DNA of 15,005 nucleotides from Candidatus Hodarchaeota archaeon (lineage in GTDB: Archaea > Asgardarchaeota > Heimdallarchaeia > Hodarchaeales > Hodarchaeaceae). The DNA is taken from positions 1-15,005 of the forward strand of contig JAHQWW010000091.1 in assembly GCA_029856365.1 (NCBI GenBank), read 5' to 3'. This document shows positions 7,685 through 15,005 of this stretch, piece after piece. The notes beneath the pieces are model-generated. The model had not been told where the DNA came from, did no database searches, and worked only from the letters and a program-made list of their open reading frames with translations. A program made the translations under genes and the position numbers. Numbering within the stretch: the stretch's first letter is position 1; each line of letters starts with the position of its first letter.

Positions 7685-9649
7685 ATGAATGATATTGAAA
7701 CTATTCATGGAGTACTCCTACAAGTTATTCAAGAGGATCCTGACCTTCAGGTAAAAGCTTTGATCGCCTCCCACCTTGCACAGCGAAATTCATACCCTTT
7801 AACACAAAAATTAGTAGCTTTGTCAAAATCACCCCATTCAGAGGTACGTGAAATCATTGCGATCTGTCTTGAGGGTCATTTTGAAGTACTTGATGCAATG
7901 ATAGATTGGTTTGAAACTGAGGAAGATTTGGTAACGCTCAATGAACTTTTTTTCTCTATTTCTTCAGCCCTCCAAAAAAGTTCGGATGAAACTACTCTTA
8001 TTGATGCAGCTATTCGTTTCAAAGGATTTATTGAACGAGAAATTCATTTAAATTATAGTTTAGAATTGATTGGGTATTGTAATGGACTCATTGCAACAGA
8101 AACTCTATTAAATGCTTTATATCCTCATCGGTTTAATGATGGCATTAAAGCCTCTATTCTCCGAGGTATGTTACACCTCGCTCAAAAAACCCACAGTCTC
8201 CCTAATGATCTGCAATCCTACTTGATAAGTCTTGTTGGAACAACATATGAACCTCCAGAGTTTCGAAGAATTGGCTTGGAAGCATTAGGAGTGGTTAACA
8301 AACAAGAAATAATTGATCTACTAGAATTAATTATTGAAACTGATCACAATCCAACATTACGAAAAAATGCTATTGATTTAATTGGTAAAAAGGGAGTTAT
8401 TGAATTATCCCCTCTGCTGATTGAGAAATTGAAGTATGATGGGATTTCTGATGTTCGAGCATCTGCAGCTACAGCTCTGGGAGCGATTTCGTCCTTTGAT
8501 GCTCTTCCTGAACTTGCAGATGCACTAGAAACGGATGGTAGTTTTTTTGTACGTGAAGCTTCAGCTGAAGCGTTAGGCAATTTAAAATCTCAATATGCAT
8601 TGGCTGCACTTCTCAAGGGATTAGAAGATCAGGATTCATATGTCCGATCCATATCTGCTTGGTCAATTGAACAGATTCAACCAACGTCTCCAGAGCTGAT
8701 TCAAAGAATTTGTTCTGCAGCTGGATCGATTGAACAAGAATCAAGTATCCGAAGCGGAATGGTGGCATTACTTGCTCGTATGAGTTCTATATTGGAAGCA
8801 GCTAATTGCTTATTAACAATATTCAGAAAAGATAAAACACCCCTGCGTGAATTAGTGATTGAGGCGTTGGAAGAGTTCGTACATATCCTAAAAGACGATC
8901 AAGATTTTTTAGAGAATGATCTTCCCCTTATTCAGAAGATATTAGCGACTTCAGAATCTTTCTCTCTTCGCGCAGCAATTTGTTCTTTTCTTGGGCATTT
9001 AAAGGAAGACTCAACATTTCCATTTCTCCTAGATAGGTTATTAAATGATGAGGACACTTTTGTACAAAGACAAGCGGCTTGGGCTATATCTAATCTTAAT
9101 CCAGTAGATCTTACATTCAAGATTCGATCGCTTTTAGAGGATAAAACCTACCATACCATTGTTCCACTATTTTTGGAAATATTAAGCTCCTGGGCTCAGA
9201 TAGACGATGTTCCTCTAGCCTTGAGTTATCTAAAGCCTGAGATGGACATTGAATGGCGCCGTAGAGCTGTTGAACTTCTCACAACAATCATAGACTCCCC
9301 AGATTTGGTTACAAATACGCAATCTACTCTCAAAATTATTAATACCTTAATTTCATTGCTTTTTGAGGATAACGCAAATACTGTGAGAAGTGCATGTGCA
9401 CATGCTTTGGGTCATTTTGAGGGTCATGATTCTTTAATTACTCCAGCATTACTCCAGGCAATTAAAACAGATCGCGTTTATACTGTTCGTGAATTAGCTG
9501 CTGAAGCTCTCGGCTATCGCGGAGGAGTATCAGCCGTACCCGAGCTGATGGATTTGATTGACCACAAATTAGAAAAGGATCCTAGTATTCGCTATTTTAG
9601 CAGTCTTGCTTTGCTAAACATTGAATCTCAAATTTCACAACCAGTGTAA
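7685..9649 (+). CDS. HEAT-repeat (PBS-lyase-like) alpha-solenoid protein
   Basis: About 15 recognisable repeats of D-x4-VR-xx-AA-x-ALG type (e.g. DGISDVRASAATALG, DGSFFVREASAEALG, DNANTVRSACAHALG, DRVYTVRELAAEALG). The ATG at 7685 follows an AGGTGGGG SD-like motif and is preferred over 7622. Confidence 0.88.
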   Translation: MNDIETIHGVLLQVIQEDPDLQVKALIASHLAQRNSYPLTQKLVALSKSPHSEVREIIAICLEGHFEVLDAMIDWFETEEDLVTLNELFFSISSALQKSSDETTLIDAAIRFKGFIEREIHLNYSLELIGYCNGLIATETLLNALYPHRFNDGIKASILRGMLHLAQKTHSLPNDLQSYLISLVGTTYEPPEFRRIGLEALGVVNKQEIIDLLELIIETDHNPTLRKNAIDLIGKKGVIELSPLLIEKLKYDGISDVRASAATALGAISSFDALPELADALETDGSFFVREASAEALGNLKSQYALAALLKGLEDQDSYVRSISAWSIEQIQPTSPELIQRICSAAGSIEQESSIRSGMVALLARMSSILEAANCLLTIFRKDKTPLRELVIEALEEFVHILKDDQDFLENDLPLIQKILATSESFSLRAAICSFLGHLKEDSTFPFLLDRLLNDEDTFVQRQAAWAISNLNPVDLTFKIRSLLEDKTYHTIVPLFLEILSSWAQIDDVPLALSYLKPEMDIEWRRRAVELLTTIIDSPDLVTNTQSTLKIINTLISLLFEDNANTVRSACAHALGHFEGHDSLITPALLQAIKTDRVYTVRELAAEALGYRGGVSAVPELMDLIDHKLEKDPSIRYFSSLALLNIESQISQPV

Positions 9650-9684
9650 TATACTGAAAATGATTTCAGCTTCAATGAATTACA
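9645..9684. terminator. Possible hairpin between the convergent HEAT and map genes
   Basis: CTGAAA-ATGA-TTTCAG (9654-9669), flanked by outer complementary TGTAAT/ATTACA. The stem is weak and AT-rich. Confidence 0.25.
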
Positions 9685-9685
9685 T

Positions 9686-10591
9686 TTATGTAAGAATTTT
9701 TGCCCCATTAGACGTCACTAAAACCGTGTGTTCCGCCTGAGCTACCAAACCTTGTGATCTTTCAATTAGAGGACGATATCCATGAAAGGTGTCGTTATCA
9801 AGAATTTTGGTTAAATTGTCCAGTAAATTTTCCTTTTTCTTTAAGAAAAGGGCAGCCGAACGAAGAGAAAAAGGGATTTTCTGAAATCTCTTCACTAAAA
9901 CCTTACCAATCTCCGTTTTGGGATTCCCTGTTGATACATAAATTAGGGGGGGACCAGATCCTTCCACCACATAACCTGCTTCTCCCTGTGTACTAAAGGG
10001 TTCAATAGCTAGAACCATGCCATTTTTCAGTTTAGACCTCTGGCTAATTCGAATAGATCTTATACTGGGTATAGATATTCCTGCATGAAGATTACCTCTC
10101 TTCAATTCATGCCCAGTTAAATTGGCTATAGGTTTGAATCCATAGCTCTCAATAGTTTCTTGGACAACAGCACCTATTTCATTTACACGAAGACCAGGTT
10201 TGATGATATTAATAGTATTATCCAATGCTTCCTTTGCTGATCTTATAAGTTGGGTATGTTTTCCATCAGTAGAAAAAGTTTTAGCTGTGTCCGAAAGCAT
10301 CCCGTTAACATTAGCCCCAAGGTCTATTTTTACAAGGGCTTTTTTTGGAATGACTCGTTTTTCCATTGGATCTGGAGCTGCAGTATCATGAGCAGCGCAT
10401 TCATTGATAGAAATATTTGGGGGAAAAGCTAAATTTACTCCCTTTGGTTTAGTTATTAATTTCACAATAGAGTCATAAAGAGACCCGATAGAGACCCCAG
10501 GCTTCACGTGTTTTCCTATTTGCTCCAATGTTAGATGAGCTATTTTCCCAGCGAGGAATAGATCATGTAGTTCCTCACGAGACCAAGACAT
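9686..10591 (-). CDS. map: Methionine aminopeptidase type II (archaeal/eukaryotic type)
   Basis: AFPPNISINECAAH; metal ligands KIDLG, SDTA, NLTGH, AIEPF, AQAEHT; LHAG; helical insertion between AIEPF and EHT diagnostic of type II. ATG at 10591 is preceded by GGTG. Confidence 0.95.
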   Translation of the reverse strand: MSWSREELHDLFLAGKIAHLTLEQIGKHVKPGVSIGSLYDSIVKLITKPKGVNLAFPPNISINECAAHDTAAPDPMEKRVIPKKALVKIDLGANVNGMLSDTAKTFSTDGKHTQLIRSAKEALDNTINIIKPGLRVNEIGAVVQETIESYGFKPIANLTGHELKRGNLHAGISIPSIRSIRISQRSKLKNGMVLAIEPFSTQGEAGYVVEGSGPPLIYVSTGNPKTEIGKVLVKRFQKIPFSLRSAALFLKKKENLLDNLTKILDNDTFHGYRPLIERSQGLVAQAEHTVLVTSNGAKILT

Positions 10592-10643
10592 ATTCAAACA
10601 CCAATCAGTTGTATCATAAGTTGATGAGAATGATTGTTAAAAC

Positions 10644-11969
10644 TTACACTAACATAGTTGGAACTTTCTTGATATCCCTTTTAAAAACTCGTAACCATCC
10701 AGCCAAGAGTAAAGCCAGAATTAATATGTTTAAAACAAAAATTATCAGCAATAAAGGTTTCCCCCCTTCAACTTGATAAATGAAACCAGTAATGGGACTA
10801 ACAAACACCCCTATGCCAGATGTGGACATTGAAAGAATAGCCATAACTTTTCCTGTATGTTCTCGTGGAAGTTTGCGCCCAACAGCCCCCCACGAAATGG
10901 TTCGCCACACCTGATCATTCCCTGCTTTAATTATAACCGCAATGAAAGCTGTGCTTGAAACAATGGCACCAATTCCTTCATTGGATAATAGATCAGTCCA
11001 TTTTGGTACTGATGGCGAAATAAATAGGAGAATAATTGAGAAAGGAAGAAACATATACGCTAAAAACATAACTCTAGCATCATTCTTAGTCCTATCAAGG
11101 AGGAATCCAGCTAGAAGTCCGCCTAGTACTCCTAGAATGATTGCTCCAATCATTGTATAGTTAATGGTACTATAATCCATGCCTACTTCTTCATTAAGAA
11201 AGAATGTTTGCGCAAAGCTATAGTTTATATCACTGGTAACATCTAGTAAGAATACAATGAAAAACAGGGGAATTGTAGATATGAGTACCACAACTCCTGT
11301 TTTATATTGATTTAAAAGGTCTTTAATCCCTCTAATATGCTTCTGTTCTTCTATTTGTCGAGCTGGCTGAGTTTTCTTCAAAAAGAACATTCGAGTGAAA
11401 AAATTTACTAGTGCAACTATTGTAAAAAGATACCAGAAAATCTTTAGGCCTGAAACAAAGCTATCTTTAATTAAAATTCCAACCACAAGCAGCCCAATAA
11501 TTCCAAAAATGCCAGTAATAGTAAAAAGGCTGGTTCCTGTACCCATTTGTTCTGGGGGGATGGATTCAAACAGAATAGGATCAATGCTAGCTTGACAGAA
11601 TTGACTAAATCCAAAAACTGTCCAGACCAAGAGAAGTCCAGAAAAATCAGTGACAGATGGAATGAGAAAGGTAGCAATAGCCAAAAAGAACATATTAAAT
11701 GTTGCCATATACTTTCTATGAGGAATATATTTGTCGGCCCAATATCCACCAAACAGAGTCGCGAAAAGGCCGAGAATCATTGCCCACGAATCCGCAAGAC
11801 CAAGTTCAAAATAAGAAATTCCCACATCCCTAAAAAAGAGGTTTAAATAGATCCATGCTGCAAGAAAAATGGCTCCAGAATAATTCGTAAAGAGGATGAC
11901 AAGATAATTCCTTGAACGAAAAATAATCTTAAGGTTCTCAAGATAACTACTAGGTTTGGCTTCCTGCAT
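10644..11969 (-). CDS. Major facilitator superfamily transporter
   Basis: About 12 hydrophobic segments in two halves; motif A-like GGYWADKY and AGFLLDRT; ESIPPEQMG and KLPREHTG loop motifs repeated in each half. Substrate unknown. Confidence 0.9.
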   Translation of the reverse strand: MQEAKPSSYLENLKIIFRSRNYLVILFTNYSGAIFLAAWIYLNLFFRDVGISYFELGLADSWAMILGLFATLFGGYWADKYIPHRKYMATFNMFFLAIATFLIPSVTDFSGLLLVWTVFGFSQFCQASIDPILFESIPPEQMGTGTSLFTITGIFGIIGLLVVGILIKDSFVSGLKIFWYLFTIVALVNFFTRMFFLKKTQPARQIEEQKHIRGIKDLLNQYKTGVVVLISTIPLFFIVFLLDVTSDINYSFAQTFFLNEEVGMDYSTINYTMIGAIILGVLGGLLAGFLLDRTKNDARVMFLAYMFLPFSIILLFISPSVPKWTDLLSNEGIGAIVSSTAFIAVIIKAGNDQVWRTISWGAVGRKLPREHTGKVMAILSMSTSGIGVFVSPITGFIYQVEGGKPLLLIIFVLNILILALLLAGWLRVFKRDIKKVPTMLV

Positions 11970-12370
11970 TGATTTAATACCTTCAATTCAGTTGTTGAAG
12001 CTCCAGATTGTTGTTTATTAAAGATGTTGATAATTTATAATAAATATTTTTCTTTAGGCAAATCCAGCTATTATTTTGAATATTATTTTTTAACAATAGC
12101 ATTATCACGTTGGTAATAACGATTGTGTGCTGCTTATTTATTATTATTCCTATTCTCAAGAATATTGCTGGAAATTCATATTCTTACATTCAAGTAAACG
12201 CTAGATTATAACTTTAAATCCTTAGGATCTAGAAATTAGAAGATTTTATGGTCTTTTTCTATTGTTAATTTAACTCATTGTTTGCACACATTGAAAAAGA
12301 ATGAACTTAGTAGGCTTACCGAGGCTCAACATTAGTCGAGTTATTCTAATTTTGTGGAAGTAAGAATAAA

Positions 12371-13432
12371 ATGGATCATCTTTCTCCAGCTGATAAGATT
12401 CGACGCAAACAACGAATGAAACACTTATTGGCTGAGATTGTTGAGAATTTAAAGGGTTATTTCGATGAACTTCAATTGAAAGAGTTCGGGCAAAAATCTC
12501 GGTTTATCGTCCTTAATGATATCCACGCTGTTCATAAAGTCGGATCCAAAGGTCTACAATTAGTGACTGCTAATTTTAACAGTGAATTGGGAAGTTTAAC
12601 GATAACAATAGCAATAAAAAGCTTTGATTCTCCAGATGAAGCTTTAAGAAATAAAATATTAACAAATCGTTTGTCTGAAAAATTAAAAAACACTGGCGTA
12701 GCCACACCCCGCGTAATTTTTGAGTACGGTACCAAATTAATATATGAAGGAATACAAGGTAAATCATTTTATGATTCAGAGATAAATCCTGAAGTTAAGC
12801 TCTTACTTACTGGAGAGGCTCTTTCCAAATATCATTCAGCTGAATTAAAGCCAATGGAAAAAGAGAGATACGTATTTCTTTTGAAAAAAACTTTTCGAGA
12901 CATTATTATGCCTAGAGAACGTAAAGAAGCTTTTGTAGATCTTGCTAGAAAGTCATTATCGAATATACTTGGATATTCAAGCGGCACAGCTGGATTCGGA
13001 GATTTCCATCAAGGAAATGTATTATTCTCAATAGAGAAAGACAATAGTAACAAAAAGAGGATCCAAGTGTGGTTAATTGATCCTGAATACGTAGAAGAAG
13101 AACAGTCAGCGGATAGAATGGAAGATATTGGAACTTTTTTCTTACATTCGGCGATTGAAAGCTATAATAAATGTGGAAATTTATATTCATTATGGAAAGA
13201 AATTCAACCATTCATTGAAGGGTATGAAAGGCACCTTTCAACAGTCGGACTCTCTTTAAATGAAATATACAGAAATTACGAATCTGCATTTGCATTTCAC
13301 CTAGGACTGAATGTATTACTCGAAGGTTTGTTTCTACAAAAACGTGCAAATATGGATGATGAGACAGCGTTCGATCGAATGGCCACCTGTATCGCATTAG
13401 CAAACCACTGTTGGAAGGTTGGTCTGAAATAA
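12371..13432 (+). CDS. Protein kinase-like fold phosphotransferase (APH/choline kinase/MtnK-like superfamily)
   Basis: GSKG loop, IAIK lysine, following helix Glu (DEAL), GVATPRV, IYEGIQG hinge, ALSKYH, catalytic loop GDFHQGN, Mg-binding LIDPE, MEDIG. Confidence 0.8.
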   Translation: MDHLSPADKIRRKQRMKHLLAEIVENLKGYFDELQLKEFGQKSRFIVLNDIHAVHKVGSKGLQLVTANFNSELGSLTITIAIKSFDSPDEALRNKILTNRLSEKLKNTGVATPRVIFEYGTKLIYEGIQGKSFYDSEINPEVKLLLTGEALSKYHSAELKPMEKERYVFLLKKTFRDIIMPRERKEAFVDLARKSLSNILGYSSGTAGFGDFHQGNVLFSIEKDNSNKKRIQVWLIDPEYVEEEQSADRMEDIGTFFLHSAIESYNKCGNLYSLWKEIQPFIEGYERHLSTVGLSLNEIYRNYESAFAFHLGLNVLLEGLFLQKRANMDDETAFDRMATCIALANHCWKVGLK

Positions 13433-13505
13433 GTTGTTTTATGGAGCTTGAATTGGACCGAGATAACTTATTTTCCCTGTTTATATTCAGATTCCTGTCA
13501 TGATT

Positions 13506-15005
13506 TCACATCGTTAAAGTCAATATTGATGCTAATGTCCAGCTAACGATCAAAGCGTTGAGAACAGCACTAATGTAAACTCGTCTAGTAAGATGATATG
13601 ACCATGTAGTAAAGAAAGTAGTAATTATAAAGAACGGTATGAACATCCATAAGAAGAGTAAATAAAAACCTAAGATACCAGATACGAATGGTGAACCTAT
13701 AAGGAAGCTTATAGTTAATTGAATTAAAAGAATAAGAATATAAGGTATAATTTTTATTAAAACAGCGCGCATTGACCACGAAAACTGTGTTTTTACCCAC
13801 GTATCTTTTGGATTGGTTCGTAATAATCCTATGAGCCACATTCCCTCAACCAAGAAGAATGGAATAGTAAAAATGAGGTAGAGAGGAGCTATTAGTAAAC
13901 GTGGGGGAGCCAGAGGAAGATCATTGAAGAGGGGAAGAAATGCACTAAAGTCAAGAGCAAGAACTACATCAAAAGGCATCATCCATAAATAAGCCCAAAG
14001 AACGACTAGAAATGCCATTAGTGCGCTCCTACCAAATATCGGAATAGTTTCTTTGAGATTACTAAAATCAACACCAAAATCTTTCTGTGTGAAATCTTGG
14101 TTGGCATTTATTCGATGGTAACGATAAATAAAATATAGAACAATCAGTGAAATGGTTGAACTACCAATAAGCCATACTCCTACAGATGACCCCATATTTT
14201 GAGGAAAAGGGAATAATGGCAATAAAAGTGCTGGTATGAACAATCCTAAACTGATAAATGCATATAGTCCACCAAAAAGCCAATATCTTCGATTATTGAC
14301 GTAATAACTTGAAGAGGGATTTTTCTTCAAACTCTGAAAAAAAGGGAGATCAATGAGAATGGATAGAACTGGGAAGAAAGAGAGAAGAATCCCGAGTGAG
14401 GATATTAATCCTCCAAGAAAATGGATAGGAAAAACTAGATTCTTTTTGGGAATCCAATGTGGATCATTACCAGAACCTTTAAGGCTCTCTTTCAACCATT
14501 CGACCGTTTCACAAACAATTATAGGGTCAATAATCTCGAACAAATGGTTTGTTTGTCCAATAACAAGTTTACGAGCAGTTCCATCACTGAAGCTTCCATA
14601 TAGGCGTCCAGAAGTTATTGAAGTTGTCTTATTAAAAGTAGAAGCCAATGAAGTTCTAAGGCTGGGAATATCGAAGAGTTCATCATATTTACCAATTGTG
14701 ATTAACAGATTCTTTGGATATGTGCTATTTGCCCATTCATCAATATTTCTCGACCCCCCTCCTATAAATACTAATGCATCGATAGTAAGAGTGGTAAGTT
14801 CAAGAGCTTGGATTGCGATCCCTGCTCCCATCGAATGACCAATAATACCCAAGTTGCTGACATATTCCAGACTATTTAAATATTCAAGGGCAGCTGCCCC
14901 CCCGCGATCTGATTCATATTCTGCATAACCAGAATTGCCATGAGAAGCAGCATCGATAGTAAGAACAACGAAACCTCTCCGTGACAATTCAATACCAAAA
15001 GCACG
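13506..15005 (-). CDS. Alpha/beta hydrolase with a C-terminal multi-pass membrane domain; 5'-truncated
   Basis: The frame is open to the window end (RAFGIELSRRG...). Hydrolase motifs: IDAASHGNS, GHSMG nucleophile, GKYDE acid, TNH histidine; about 8 hydrophobic segments follow. Confidence 0.88.
   Translation of the reverse strand, partial: RAFGIELSRRGFVVLTIDAASHGNSGYAEYESDRGGAAALEYLNSLEYVSNLGIIGHSMGAGIAIQALELTTLTIDALVFIGGGSRNIDEWANSTYPKNLLITIGKYDELFDIPSLRTSLASTFNKTTSITSGRLYGSFSDGTARKLVIGQTNHLFEIIDPIIVCETVEWLKESLKGSGNDPHWIPKKNLVFPIHFLGGLISSLGILLSFFPVLSILIDLPFFQSLKKNPSSSYYVNNRRYWLFGGLYAFISLGLFIPALLLPLFPFPQNMGSSVGVWLIGSSTISLIVLYFIYRYHRINANQDFTQKDFGVDFSNLKETIPIFGRSALMAFLVVLWAYLWMMPFDVVLALDFSAFLPLFNDLPLAPPRLLIAPLYLIFTIPFFLVEGMWLIGLLRTNPKDTWVKTQFSWSMRAVLIKIIPYILILLIQLTISFLIGSPFVSGILGFYLLFLWMFIPFFIITTFFTTWSYHLTRRVYISAVLNALIVSWTLASILTLTM

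Noticed and set aside
7685-9649. Deoxyhypusine hydroxylase or phycobilin lyase assignment
   Set aside because: No conserved His-Glu iron-binding pairs in the repeats, the protein is too long, and there is no phycobiliprotein context.
6741-9649. Analogy to the PME-1 methylesterase plus PP2A scaffold
   Set aside because: Both folds are ubiquitous, there is no phosphatase nearby, and I see no specific sequence similarity.
7106-13839. Remaining 60-99 aa ORFs overlapping the hydrolase, HEAT, map, MFS, kinase and terminal genes
   Set aside because: All overlap longer motif-supported CDSs, either antisense or out of frame, and have no independent coding evidence.
14353-14838. 161-aa plus-strand ORF
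   Set aside because: It lies wholly antisense to the well-supported hydrolase CDS and has no recognisable motifs: a shadow ORF.
1-15005. CRISPR array, tRNA/rRNA, IS elements or integrase
   Set aside because: No regularly spaced direct repeats, cloverleaf-like GC-rich segments, terminal inverted repeats or transposase/integrase motifs seen by eye.

Overview
AT-rich, gene-dense prokaryotic window with 11 credible CDSs, the first and last truncated by the window edges. I see no tRNA, rRNA, CRISPR array or mobile element. A type II methionine aminopeptidase plus a Gtr1/RagA-like GTPase fused to a roadblock domain point to an Asgard archaeon; this is inferred from gene content, not from a taxonomic search. 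Gene order: (1) fused PdhA/F/X-like flavo-iron-sulfur protein and a DAO-family beta subunit (+); (2) Rag-like GTPase-roadblock fusion (-); (3) OLD-family ABC-ATPase/TOPRIM nuclease (-); (4) multi-pass membrane protein with a C-terminal Zn ribbon, an alpha/beta hydrolase and a long HEAT-repeat protein (+); (5) MetAP II and an MFS transporter (-); (6) kinase-fold protein (+); (7) membrane-anchored alpha/beta hydrolase (-). The best candidate for something new is the co-oriented OLD nuclease and Rag-like gene pair. Both P-loop domains have a degenerate catalytic motif (Walker B DDP; G3 DxxGQ lost), and a perfect 9-1-9 palindrome lies upstream. Functional linkage of the two genes is a hypothesis only.
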